Source: a virus. From it: DNA of 64,000 nucleotides. Shown piece by piece: positions 1 to 9,833 of the stretch (the stretch's first letter is position 1; every line of letters begins with the position of its first letter). The DNA lies in IMG/VR virus record IMGVR_UViG_3300050026_000261, positions 4,703 through 68,702 of that record; one strand, given 5' to 3'. The translations under genes and the position numbers were made by a program. A model generated the notes under the pieces. That model did not search any database and had not been told where the DNA came from. It saw nothing but the letters and a program-made list of their open reading frames with translations.

Positions 1-216
1 ATTGCATAGGCATGGATTGTTTTGTCGGCAGTATGAGGCAAAGACGGAACCGAAGGCCAGAATTACAGAAGAGGAATGGGCCGATCTTTGTGGGCACATT
101 GACGACGTGGTAGGAGGCCGGGCACTAGGGATCAGGTCAACCCGGGGGAATATCAGGATTGAACAGCAGACCAAGGCAGCGCAAGCGAAGCAGCAATAGA
201 GGGAGGCTGATACTCG

Positions 217-708
217 TTGTCCCACATCCAGATGGGCCAGAGCAAAACTCCATACACAGACACCATCACTCCGCAGTTTATTGATTGGTTGCTCTATGAT
301 CTGCCATTTCTGAAACAAATCTGTGATGAGATCATGCCGAACGACTTCGCGGACATCATCGAGTTTCACGCCCGGATGAAGACAATGGTCAGGAGTAAGA
401 TCGAATCAGTGGCGCTTCGCCGGGCACAGATGACGTCTGCGCTGGATGCTGTTGATCGGGCAATCAAGAAACTTCCTACTAGTGAGCACAAGAAGATTTA
501 TCGAATGAAATGGCGTGCCGGGATGACAGTCAGGGAGATCTCGAAACAGTTTTTCAAGGATAAAAAAATGAGGTTTTTTTCTGTGCCAAAAATTCAAGAA
601 AAAACTGAACAAGTTCGCACCCACGTAGCCCTTTATTTGCAAGCGATTCCTGGTTTTGAATTTCGGATAAAACTTATACAAAAACTTATACAAGATCAGG
701 CCGAATAA
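217..708 (+). CDS. Putative late transcriptional activator (ArpU/RinA-like, sigma70-region-4-type HTH)
   Basis: C-terminal 'AIKKLP...IYRMKWRAGMTVREISKQF' HTH pattern; position just upstream of the packaging genes; RBS GGGAGG before TTG. Confidence 0.55.
   Translation: MSHIQMGQSKTPYTDTITPQFIDWLLYDLPFLKQICDEIMPNDFADIIEFHARMKTMVRSKIESVALRRAQMTSALDAVDRAIKKLPTSEHKKIYRMKWRAGMTVREISKQFFKDKKMRFFSVPKIQEKTEQVRTHVALYLQAIPGFEFRIKLIQKLIQDQAE
669..692 (+). repeat. Tandem 12-bp direct repeat AAAACTTATACA x2, candidate activator binding site
   Basis: Exact tandem repeat at the 3' end of the regulator gene, about 40 bp upstream of a TGcTATCCT extended -10-like element. Confidence 0.5.
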
Positions 709-787
709 CTTAAACAAAGTGCCAAAAACGTGCTATCCTTATTTTGGCGAAACGAGTCAGTAATTTAGATTAAAAACACTATGGGAT

Positions 788-1270
788 GTGTTTCGGACGA
801 AGAATAGTTATGAGATCAGCGGCTTAATGGTAGTTATTAGATTACGAAGGCATAACGGTGAGAGAGTAGAAACTTTTATAGATATTAGTGATCTGGAGCG
901 AACTAATGAGTTCCCTGGCTGGTGGCGACTAGGTTCAAATGGATATGTTGTAGGTCAACTGTCGGTTGACGAACCTATCATACTATTACATCGTTGGATT
1001 ATGAACCCACCTGGCAACATGGAAATAGATCATATCAATCATTGTAGACTGGATAATCGGCGACAAACTAATTTGAGAACTGTTAATCGCAAGAAAAATG
1101 CACAAAATAGCAAAAAAAGATGGAATCAAGTGCAATCAAGGCTTAAGCCATTAGTAGGTTCGCTATTCAAAGCATCTGTAGCTTTATCTAGTGAGAATGA
1201 AAATGGAGTTTGGCCACCACCTAGCTTTAAAAGACAAGGAAAACGCAAAAGAGAAGGGCTTATAGCTTAA
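788..1270 (+). CDS. Free-standing HNH endonuclease
   Basis: LHRWIM...IDHINHCRLDNRRQTNLR HNH motif. Confidence 0.85.
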   Translation: MFRTKNSYEISGLMVVIRLRRHNGERVETFIDISDLERTNEFPGWWRLGSNGYVVGQLSVDEPIILLHRWIMNPPGNMEIDHINHCRLDNRRQTNLRTVNRKKNAQNSKKRWNQVQSRLKPLVGSLFKASVALSSENENGVWPPPSFKRQGKRKREGLIA

Positions 1271-1281
1271 GTTAAAAACAG

Positions 1282-1308
1282 GGTCGCTCGGTCTTCGAGC
1301 GGCTTTTT
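1282..1308 (+). terminator. Intrinsic terminator
   Basis: GGTCGCTCG/CGAGCGGCT stem followed by a T tract. Confidence 0.7.
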
Positions 1309-1510
1309 CATTTGAGCGAGGCGATCTCTTTGTACGAGGTCTACGACTCCAAAAAGAAACAAAAGTTGACGGTGCTGCCGCCTCGCCGCGACAAGGAAAC
1401 GGGTCTGTGCCTAGGCGACTATATCAGGCAGCACAAAGAACATGATAAACGTTGTCAGAATCCGGGACAGGCTTTAGGCCGACTGTATTGACAAACTGGA
1501 GTGAGGGGCG

Positions 1511-2569
1511 ATGGGACGCCACGCAAAGCACAACTGGCCACGCATGTTTATGGAGTTCTGCGAGGGTGGCTTTGAAAGCATAGCGGAATTTGCTCGTAAA
1601 TACAAAATGAACGAGACGCATGTCCGCAATGAGTTTCGCAAACTGAACGGGTCCCGGTCAAAGATTATGCGGGATGTCGAGGCCGCCAAGAAGAGCGGAA
1701 AGGATAGGAATTACAAAGTATCCAAGACTGACGATACCCCGGATATTGTATCGAATAATAGTGTATCGCCAACAGACACGATACAGAATTTAACACAGGG
1801 TACAATACAGAAAAAAACGCCGATAGAAAAAAATCCCAAAGCAAGCATTGGCGGTAAGCAGCGGGATGAGAACGGGCTGACTATTCGGGAGGAAACCTTT
1901 GTCCTGGAATATCTGATTGACTTCAACTCTGCGAGGGCGGCTATTGCCGCAGGGTATAGCCAGCACACAGCAGCATCCATAGGATGGGAGCTTCTCAGGA
2001 AGCCGCATATTCAGCAGCGATTGCGACAAGAAGCAGAGGCCGATGCAATTCGTCTGGGCATCAACAGGGATCGCATCCTGCTTGAATACGCCCGGATCGC
2101 CTTTGGCAACGTTGGAGATTATGTATCGTTTGGGCAACGGCAGATTCCGATTGAAGGTACATCTGCGCCTAGCAGTGAGGATGGCAACGATGGCGCCGCT
2201 CCTCTCACGCAGACAATTAATTACGTCGATCTCAATTCAAGCAACCAGGTTGACACGTCTCTGATCAGCGAGATTAGCCAGGGAAGAGATGGAGTAAAGG
2301 TTAAGCTGCACGACAAGATGAAGGCGCTGGATAAGCTGGAGCGCTACTTAGACGTGATGCCGGATACCTGGAAGCGCAAGGTCGAAGAGGAGCGCCTTGG
2401 TCTGGAGCGGGAACGGTTGGAGATTGATAGAAAGAAAGCCCTGGGCGGGGGCGATGAGGCTGAAACGGCGCACAATGAGCGGGTGACTACGCTGGCCGAA
2501 CTGATCAACCATCCGGAGCCGGATCGGCACGTGGAAGATTTTGAAGAGGAAGATGAGAGCGGCGATTAA
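1511..2569 (+). CDS. terS: Terminase small subunit with N-terminal extension
   Basis: LTIREETFVLEYLIDFNSARAAIAAGYS...ELLRKPHIQ and KVKLHDKMKALDKL motifs; directly precedes TerL. Confidence 0.9.
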   Translation: MGRHAKHNWPRMFMEFCEGGFESIAEFARKYKMNETHVRNEFRKLNGSRSKIMRDVEAAKKSGKDRNYKVSKTDDTPDIVSNNSVSPTDTIQNLTQGTIQKKTPIEKNPKASIGGKQRDENGLTIREETFVLEYLIDFNSARAAIAAGYSQHTAASIGWELLRKPHIQQRLRQEAEADAIRLGINRDRILLEYARIAFGNVGDYVSFGQRQIPIEGTSAPSSEDGNDGAAPLTQTINYVDLNSSNQVDTSLISEISQGRDGVKVKLHDKMKALDKLERYLDVMPDTWKRKVEEERLGLERERLEIDRKKALGGGDEAETAHNERVTTLAELINHPEPDRHVEDFEEEDESGD

Positions 2570-2571
2570 TT

Positions 2572-3879
2572 ATGGCAGAGTACGCTGCGTTCTGTCAGAA
2601 GCAAGTTGCATATTTGAAACAGTCATACCATAGTTGGCTTAATATAGCAGAAGGTGGAAAAAGAGCAGGCAAGAACGTGCTCAATATTATCTGCTGGTGT
2701 GAATGCATAGAAACTCATCGTGATAAGCTTCACCTTGCATCTGGGTTTTCAGTGGCATCGGCAAAACTGAACATCATTGATTGCAATGATTTTGGCGTTG
2801 CTAACTGGTTTAAAGGACGCTCACGCCCGGGTAAATATCAGAATCGAGACTGCCTTTATGTTGCCACAAAAACCGGAGAGAAAGTAATACTTATTTCCGG
2901 CGGTGGCAAGGATGGAGACGAAAAAGCTATTCATGGTAACACTTATGGGACTGTGTACGCAACAGAGGTTAATGATTGCGCCAAGCCTTTTGTCAAAGAA
3001 ATATTTGACCGAACAATATCTAGCTCGGATCGAAAACTTTTTTTTGATCTCAATCCAAAGCCTCCGCAGCACTGGTTTTACGAAGAAATACTAAAGATGC
3101 ACCAAGAGAACGCTGATAAGTATCAAAATTATGGGTTGAACTACGAGCATTTTACGATATTTGATAATCTCTCGTTTACTGCTGAGAAGATTCGGGAAAC
3201 AGTACGCACCTATGCCCGGGATTCGGTCTGGTATATCCGTGACATCCTGGGTAGGCGTAGCGCAGCCGAGGGCATCGTCTATGATATGTTTGCGCCTAAA
3301 AACCAGTATCACGCTGGCCACGGTCCGAACTATGAGCTATGGTTTCAAAGATATTTTAGCATCGATTACGGCACGACAAACCCTTTTGCCTGCCTGGAGA
3401 TCATTGAGCAGACCGACCTTCTGACAGGCATCAAATATATCTACATCGAGAACGAATATTACTACGACAGTAAGAAGCACAACCGACAGAAGGATGATAG
3501 TGAGTACGTCGAAGATATGCAGAAATTCATGAAAGACGAGAATGGTGTTCCAAAAAGATATGCAGCTATTGTCATCGACCCTTCGGCAGCATCGTTTAAG
3601 GTGGCTTTACGCAAGAAGAGCCTGAGAGCCAGGGAGACTGACGATGTGATCAACGCCAAACACGAGGTTGTAGAAGGCATCCGCTTGGTTTCCTCTCTGC
3701 TTCGCATGGGGCGACTGAAGATAAACATTGACAACTGCCCAAATTTACTTGCTGAGTTTGCAGCCTATGTCTGGAACGACAAGGCATCGGAAAAAGGCAA
3801 AGAAGAAGTTGTGAAGGCATTTGATCATTGTTTGGATGTACTTCGCTATTACGCTTTTACAATTGTCAAACGGGCTTAG
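2572..3879 (+). CDS. terL: Terminase large subunit (PBSX-like)
   Basis: Walker A EGGKRAGKN, DLNP, IDYGTTNP, IDPSAASF and DHCLDVLRY nuclease motifs. Confidence 0.95.
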   Translation: MAEYAAFCQKQVAYLKQSYHSWLNIAEGGKRAGKNVLNIICWCECIETHRDKLHLASGFSVASAKLNIIDCNDFGVANWFKGRSRPGKYQNRDCLYVATKTGEKVILISGGGKDGDEKAIHGNTYGTVYATEVNDCAKPFVKEIFDRTISSSDRKLFFDLNPKPPQHWFYEEILKMHQENADKYQNYGLNYEHFTIFDNLSFTAEKIRETVRTYARDSVWYIRDILGRRSAAEGIVYDMFAPKNQYHAGHGPNYELWFQRYFSIDYGTTNPFACLEIIEQTDLLTGIKYIYIENEYYYDSKKHNRQKDDSEYVEDMQKFMKDENGVPKRYAAIVIDPSAASFKVALRKKSLRARETDDVINAKHEVVEGIRLVSSLLRMGRLKINIDNCPNLLAEFAAYVWNDKASEKGKEEVVKAFDHCLDVLRYYAFTIVKRA

Positions 3880-3891
3880 GGGGACTGGCTA

Positions 3892-5547
3892 ATGTCAAAA
3901 CACAAAAATAAGATTCAGCCTGTCTCCACAAAGCCCCCCCGTTCCACCGTTATGGATACATTCCAGAACCAGCTTGCCAGGCTGGGTAGCGCGTCAGAAA
4001 ATATCATCTCTGCCGCTACCTACCCGCTAACTAGGCTATCGAGAAACTACCAACTGCTCAACTCCCTATACCGCAATTCCTGGATTTGCAATCATATCGT
4101 CAACATTGTCCCCGAGGACATGATCAAGAACGGCTGGGACATCACCGCCGAGCTCACACCCGAGGAGACAGACCGGATCAAGAAACTGGAACAAAAAACA
4201 CTGGTCAGGGAGAAACTTCTCGAAGGTCTGTACTGGGGTCGGCTCTACGGCGGCGCCGGGGCAATCATGATCATAGATGGCCACGAGGACAAGCTCGATG
4301 AGCCGCTTGAATACGACGACATTCTCCCTGATTCATTTTGTGGCCTCATGGTCGTTGATAGATGGTCCGGTATCTACCCGGGGCTGGAACTGATTACCGA
4401 CATCAGGGATCCTGAGATGGGGTTGCCCAAATACTACGAGGTCAGGGATACCATAACAGAGCGGCTGGTGTCAAAGGTGCATCACTCCCGGGTGATCAGG
4501 TTCACCGGCAAGAAACTGCCCTTCTGGGAAGAGATGGCCGAGATTTACTGGGGAAGCTCGATTATGGAGCATGTCTACGAGGAAATGCTGAAGAGGGATA
4601 GTACATCTTGGAATATCGCTTCTCTTGTTTTTCAGTCTAACCTGCTAGTTGACAAAGTCGATGGCATGGATCAGATGTTGGCGGCCACCGATCCGGAGAC
4701 ACAGCGCAATTTTTACAACGTCAAATCGGCGCAGAATCAGATGAGATCCAACAATGGCATGATGATCATAGGGCAGAACGAGGATATTTCAGCGATCAAT
4801 TACACCTTTGAAGGGCTCAAGGACATATCCGAATCCCAGATGATGGACATATCCGGTGCCTGCGATATCCCTATGACACGGCTGTTCGGGCGATCTCCGC
4901 AGGGCATGAACGCCACTGGGGAATCCGATTTGCAGATGTACTACGATGGTGTTGGTAGGCAGCAGGATTCAGATGTGAGGCCAAAACTTAATAAAATTTA
5001 TCCAGTTATGTTTATGTCTGAGTTTGGTTATATACCAAAGGATTTAGGTTATAAGTTTAACCCTATTAGCACACCGACCGAAGATAAACTGGCCGAGATT
5101 GTAGGGAAAAAAGTAGATTCCATTAGCAAGACTTGGAATGACGGAGCAATTACACATCGAATGTACCTTAGCGAGTTGCATGAACTCAGTTACACAACCA
5201 ACTTCTTTACATCAATTTCGGATAAAGATATTGCCCGGGCGAATGATGAATTTACTACTCCGGGGGAGGACATGCCGGATCTTGGGATGTTCGGGGATAA
5301 GCAATTGCAGGAGCAACCAAAAAAGGAAAAGGGTAGCGTAGCAGACTCCAGCGATGTTTTTAAGGGGATGGACAGGATGGCTCTATTGCAAATGGCTTTG
5401 GATAGCGAAGTCGAAGCTATCAATCTTTATGATCAGATTATTCAATCCCACAGTATAACTGAGAAAGACAAAAAGAAGTTGCAGGAAATTCTCAATGAAG
5501 AGAAGCAGCATTTTGCAGAATTAACTTTGATGATCAAGCAAGGATAA
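3892..5547 (+). CDS. Portal protein (DUF1073/HI1409 type) with a C-terminal ferritin-like two-helix domain
   Basis: LYRNSWI, RLYGG, VHHSRVIRF, IPMTRLFGRSPQGMNATGESD motifs; C-terminal E-x2-A-x3-Y...EEKQH. Confidence 0.9.
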   Translation: MSKHKNKIQPVSTKPPRSTVMDTFQNQLARLGSASENIISAATYPLTRLSRNYQLLNSLYRNSWICNHIVNIVPEDMIKNGWDITAELTPEETDRIKKLEQKTLVREKLLEGLYWGRLYGGAGAIMIIDGHEDKLDEPLEYDDILPDSFCGLMVVDRWSGIYPGLELITDIRDPEMGLPKYYEVRDTITERLVSKVHHSRVIRFTGKKLPFWEEMAEIYWGSSIMEHVYEEMLKRDSTSWNIASLVFQSNLLVDKVDGMDQMLAATDPETQRNFYNVKSAQNQMRSNNGMMIIGQNEDISAINYTFEGLKDISESQMMDISGACDIPMTRLFGRSPQGMNATGESDLQMYYDGVGRQQDSDVRPKLNKIYPVMFMSEFGYIPKDLGYKFNPISTPTEDKLAEIVGKKVDSISKTWNDGAITHRMYLSELHELSYTTNFFTSISDKDIARANDEFTTPGEDMPDLGMFGDKQLQEQPKKEKGSVADSSDVFKGMDRMALLQMALDSEVEAINLYDQIIQSHSITEKDKKKLQEILNEEKQHFAELTLMIKQG

Positions 5548-5549
5548 TA

Positions 5550-5654
5550 TGGTATAATTAACTTGTGGGATAGGGTAGCTCCTGAACGGGCGGTTTCCTG
5601 ACCGCCCTTCCCGCAGTAATAATTCAGGACAACACTACAGGAGGTGTTATTATT
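5550..5654 (+). promoter_or_regulatory. Extended -10 promoter plus structured leader RNA (copy 1)
   Basis: TGgTATAAT; P1 TGTGGGA/TCCCGCA; P3 GGGCGGT/ACCGCCC with loop TTCCTG; downstream TCAGGA; SD inside hairpin AACAC...GTGTT. Confidence 0.75.
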
Positions 5655-6338
5655 ATGGGTAAGATTATTGATTTAACAGGGCAGAAATTTGATAAGCTTT
5701 TGGTAAAACAATTTCATGGAATATCTTTGAGCAATCGGCAGGCGACATGGCTCTGCCAGTGTGCCTGTGGTAGAGAAGTAATTAGAAACTCTACTTGCCT
5801 AAGGAATAAAAGTATTACCAAAAACTGTGGGAAGCCCGGTTGTGGTAATACTTATTTTGAGGAAAACGGTCATCTTGTTGGGTTGACATTTAAAGGAGAA
5901 AGATATTTATTAGATAAAGAGGATTATTCTAAAATATGTAACCTTACTTGGATACGCGATCTTGCAAGAGGGTATATTTATGCCAGAAAAACGCACTCTA
6001 AAACGGCTATATATATGCATCATTTAATCATAGAAGCTCCTAATGGCTGCATAGATCATATAAATTTAGACAAGTCGGACAACAGGAAAGATAATCTTAG
6101 GATATGCACTATTCAACAAAATAGTTTTAATCGAGGAAAACACAAAGGGAAGCGTTTGAGTATTTATAAAGGAGTAACACAAAACGCAAAAAGGAATAAA
6201 TATATTGCTCAAATTCGTAAGGAAGGTAAGATTTATAGATTAGGTTATTTTGAAACAGAAGAAGAGGCTGCTTTTGCATATAACAAAGCAGCGATAGAGA
6301 TGTTTGGAGAGTTTGCGAAACTTAATGATATTGAATAA
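5655..6338 (+). CDS. HNH endonuclease with AP2 DNA-binding domain (moron)
   Basis: DLTGQKF...WLCQCACG N-terminus; IDHINLDKSDNRKDNLR; YKGV...LGYFETEEEAAFAYN; AT-rich, with its own promoter and terminator. Confidence 0.9.
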   Translation: MGKIIDLTGQKFDKLLVKQFHGISLSNRQATWLCQCACGREVIRNSTCLRNKSITKNCGKPGCGNTYFEENGHLVGLTFKGERYLLDKEDYSKICNLTWIRDLARGYIYARKTHSKTAIYMHHLIIEAPNGCIDHINLDKSDNRKDNLRICTIQQNSFNRGKHKGKRLSIYKGVTQNAKRNKYIAQIRKEGKIYRLGYFETEEEAAFAYNKAAIEMFGEFAKLNDIE

Positions 6339-6358
6339 TTAATCAATACAGAGTGATA

Positions 6359-6388
6359 GGGCATCTCTTCGGAGGTGCTTTTATTTTT
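6359..6388 (+). terminator. Intrinsic terminator
   Basis: GCATCTC-TTCG-GAGGTGC followed by a T tract. Confidence 0.8.
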
Positions 6389-6405
6389 GAGCAGGTGATC
6401 TCCCC

Positions 6406-7251
6406 ATGGTTGCACTCCGCAACGCAGACCTATTTCAGCCCCATCGTCGCCCAGAGTCCCTTTTCTTCCGCTCCATATTAGACATTACCGATTACCTGCG
6501 CCAGGCAATCCAAGGAGAGGGCGACCCTTTCGGTATCGTGCAGATACTCAAATCAGCATTGAATACTCCGGCCTTCGCTCTATACGCTGAAACGGTGGCA
6601 AAGAACATGGTGACGATGCTGCAGCGAGATAACGCACGCTCATGGCGGGAAGCGGCCAGGGAGTCCAGCCGGGGGCGGCTCATCTACGAAGCTTTGAGGC
6701 AGGAACTTAATGGGCCAGCCGGCGGCGAGTTCTATCACCAGATTGCCAGAAACGCCGAGCTGATCAAAACGTTACCCCAGGACATCGCGCAGCATGTGAC
6801 GGATTACATCGGCGAGGAGTCACTGAAAGGCCGCAGGGCTGAGGATATTGCCGCAGACATACAGAAGATGTTCCCCGCATCGTCAAGGGCGAAGGCGCAG
6901 TTGATTGCCCGGACGGAAGTAAGCAAGGTATCAACCGCTTTGACACAGGCCAGAGCACAGAACCTGGGGATGGACTGGTACGAATGGATCACAAGCGAAG
7001 ACCAAAGGGTCCGGCCATCACATCACAAGATGCAGGGCGTATTGATTCGGTGGAGCGATCCGCCGGCACCAGAAGCCTTAATCGGAATCAGGTCAACCCT
7101 CGGACATTACAACAGCGGAGAATGCCCGAACTGCCGCTGCTTCCCGGCCCCATTGACGGACGTTGACCGGGTTTCCTGGCCACACAAATGCTACATTAAT
7201 GGCCAAATTTTGATGCTGGCAAAGAGCCGATTCTTACAAATTGCGGCCTAA
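6406..7251 (+). CDS. Minor head protein (Mu gpF/SPP1 gp7 family)
   Basis: RAKAQLIARTE, YEWITSEDQRVRPSH, CPNCRC motifs. Confidence 0.9.
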   Translation: MVALRNADLFQPHRRPESLFFRSILDITDYLRQAIQGEGDPFGIVQILKSALNTPAFALYAETVAKNMVTMLQRDNARSWREAARESSRGRLIYEALRQELNGPAGGEFYHQIARNAELIKTLPQDIAQHVTDYIGEESLKGRRAEDIAADIQKMFPASSRAKAQLIARTEVSKVSTALTQARAQNLGMDWYEWITSEDQRVRPSHHKMQGVLIRWSDPPAPEALIGIRSTLGHYNSGECPNCRCFPAPLTDVDRVSWPHKCYINGQILMLAKSRFLQIAA

Positions 7252-7266
7252 TTGAGGTGATGCCTC

Positions 7267-8172
7267 TTGACATTACCCCTGAACGATATTGTAAGCGTGA
7301 CTATATATTTGGCTCAAAATCTCAGTATACAAGGAGTGATTATTCCGGTGGCAAACAATATTGCAAATCTTCCCCCGGTGACAGGCCGTATTTTGGATGA
7401 AAATTCAATCCCCTTTAATATCGCCAATTTTTGGGAGTCAATCTGTTCGAGTGGCTACGAGACTGGTGCAACCGGCGGATCAACCAATATCTCCGCGGCG
7501 ACCACTCCGACGTTTGAAATCGCCGTAGACCTGAACGTTGTTCAAAATGCTTTTCAGACCGTTACATTGAACCCTGCAGGCTTGACATCAGGACTATTGA
7601 TCGCCAGCGCGATGCAGACGGCGATTCAGGCGTTAGGTGGGAATTATCAATGGGTGACTGTGGCCTTTACTGGCGGCGTCTATGTGATCACTTCAGGCAC
7701 CATCGGGCCGGGGTCAAAGGTAAGGATCGCGGCAGGGCCGACGAACGACGTAGCGGCTACTCTCAAGATTGGGGCAGCGAATGGCGCAGTGGACACCGAT
7801 GGCAAGATTACGGGGCTGCCTACTCAAGTCTCTGGGAGTATAGTTGCACAAGCAAACCTCGGTACTGGCACAACCGTAGCCCAATTACCGTCAGTATCAC
7901 CAGGGGTTTCCGGCAATGCCCGCCTTCATATCTTCGGCACTGGTGCTTTTGATGTACAGGTTGTTGGCCTCTTGAATTCAACTGATACTACTTGGATGGT
8001 TATTCCTGCAAGTCCTGCGGCAGTTCCTTCCGGCCTGCCAAGCCTGGCGCAGGTGACTGATGTAACGGCAGAAGGAGTTTATGACTTTGACGTTCAGGGG
8101 TTCTATGGAGTTGCTCTGAATGTTGTCGCTGTTGTAACAAGCGTCAGTGCGGTAGGGTGGTGGACAGTCTAA
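7267..8172 (+). CDS. Putative virion protein with a sheath-like N-terminus and sheath-type accessory domain
   Basis: N-terminus MTLPLNDIV resembles sheath MATLPLSDIV; central domain similar to the 11787 ORF; G/T/A-rich beta composition. Confidence 0.55.
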   Translation: MTLPLNDIVSVTIYLAQNLSIQGVIIPVANNIANLPPVTGRILDENSIPFNIANFWESICSSGYETGATGGSTNISAATTPTFEIAVDLNVVQNAFQTVTLNPAGLTSGLLIASAMQTAIQALGGNYQWVTVAFTGGVYVITSGTIGPGSKVRIAAGPTNDVAATLKIGAANGAVDTDGKITGLPTQVSGSIVAQANLGTGTTVAQLPSVSPGVSGNARLHIFGTGAFDVQVVGLLNSTDTTWMVIPASPAAVPSGLPSLAQVTDVTAEGVYDFDVQGFYGVALNVVAVVTSVSAVGWWTV

Positions 8173-9828
8173 ATGAAAGATAGATCAGCAGAAAGATTGG
8201 CGCGAGCAGCTTTGACCCCATCCTTCATTTCCCAGTTAGGCCGGCCTCCGCGAGTACTCATGGTGACGGATAGTATCAACGTATCGCCTAACATTACGCC
8301 TAACCTGCAAGCTATGATACCAGGATTGCAGGAGTTCGGTTATTATGCGACCACTTTCAGCGGATCTCAGGCACCTATGGGTATGCTCAACTTGGCAACA
8401 GACATACAGTCGTACTGCCAACAAGGGAACCTGATACCGAATAGCAGCAACTGGGCAGCTACGTGGATTTTAGGTAATGTCACCCTAACAAGTGGAACAA
8501 GCCCGACAACTGGGGCCAATGTTAAAGCGGTAACGGCAGCAGGGCAGAGTGGTCAGTATATGGAGTTATTCTTTACGGTTCCCAGTGGCCCGCCGACCTC
8601 ATTTACCTTTAGCGTAGACGTTGAAGCCGGAACGATGCAATCTTTGAATATCACGATTTATAACGTCACCAAAAGTGGCTCTTTAAAGGGGAATGTTTTC
8701 AACCCAACCGATTTTCAGTCGATTATGACTGGGCTTCCAACTACGTTAACAATGACCGTGTTAAATTCAGATGGGGTTGGGTGGAGCGTTGGTGATTCCA
8801 TCAGAGTTATGATGCTGCCCAACTCTGTGAGTTCTGCTGCTTGCACCTTCTACGCATCCAACATGAGGGTGAACGCTGGTGGTATCCCTGCTCCGTACCA
8901 TGCTACAACGGGGACTGCCGATCCGGTTTCTGCCTCTGCATGGTTGAATACCAATACGTCCATAGACAGAACGCTATTCGATTTATGCGTAATCGAGTTT
9001 TCCCGCAACGATATGGGCACTGTGGATGCCTTGAATTTTGAACAAGCGATCTCCGGTTTAATAAGCGCAGCGGCACAACTTTGTGGCAGGGTTATGGTAG
9101 AAACGCCTCCTCCTCTTGCTGCGGCAGGTTTAGCAAGTTGGAGTTCGACGGATACCTTTGTATCCAGTGGATTCTACCGGGCATTGAAAAGGGCAGCAGC
9201 GAGGCATGGGGCATATTTCTATGATGCCTACAACGCCTTTAAAAATCTTGTATCTAGTGGACAGTTCACGATTGCCCAACTCATGCAGTCAAACTTAGAG
9301 CACGCGACCGACTCAAGCAACTATCCGTTGCCTCCATCTCCTGGGATAGCTCAATATATTAATGCTCAGTACAGCGTTTTAACTCAGCCCTATGACCAGC
9401 CAGCCAGGGCATTAAGCAGGACACCTTGCCTGAGACTTGGGGGGCAACCTACAGGATCGTTCGCATGGACAAGATTTACTGGTGCTGGGACATGGATGAC
9501 GGAATTGGCTTATGGCTATGTCAGCGCATATAGCTCTCCAGAAATCACTTACGCAATGGCAAGTTCTACTCCAGGAGACACCCTGACGTTTCCGAATGTC
9601 TACGGTAAAAACATCGGTGTGATTCATCTTTGTGTCGAAAGTGCTGCGGGTAGTTATATGGTTACTATAGACGGTCAGTTAATTAACACATTCAGTAACT
9701 TGAACTCTGGGTTGCAGGATCAACCCAGGGGCCAGTGGTTGGCAAACGGCCTCCCAGACGGTCCTCATACTGTTGTGCTAACGGTAGTGTCTGGGCAGTG
9801 CCCGATCATCGGCGTAGTTGGTTGCTAA
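8173..9828 (+). CDS. SGNH/GDSL-like hydrolase with an inserted carbohydrate-binding-like domain
   Basis: Degenerate SGNH blocks VLMVTDSI, VIEFSRND, NLEH; C-terminal beta domain (VTIDG...GPHTVVL). Confidence 0.6.
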   Translation: MKDRSAERLARAALTPSFISQLGRPPRVLMVTDSINVSPNITPNLQAMIPGLQEFGYYATTFSGSQAPMGMLNLATDIQSYCQQGNLIPNSSNWAATWILGNVTLTSGTSPTTGANVKAVTAAGQSGQYMELFFTVPSGPPTSFTFSVDVEAGTMQSLNITIYNVTKSGSLKGNVFNPTDFQSIMTGLPTTLTMTVLNSDGVGWSVGDSIRVMMLPNSVSSAACTFYASNMRVNAGGIPAPYHATTGTADPVSASAWLNTNTSIDRTLFDLCVIEFSRNDMGTVDALNFEQAISGLISAAAQLCGRVMVETPPPLAAAGLASWSSTDTFVSSGFYRALKRAAARHGAYFYDAYNAFKNLVSSGQFTIAQLMQSNLEHATDSSNYPLPPSPGIAQYINAQYSVLTQPYDQPARALSRTPCLRLGGQPTGSFAWTRFTGAGTWMTELAYGYVSAYSSPEITYAMASSTPGDTLTFPNVYGKNIGVIHLCVESAAGSYMVTIDGQLINTFSNLNSGLQDQPRGQWLANGLPDGPHTVVLTVVSGQCPIIGVVGC

Positions 9829-9833
9829 AACCC

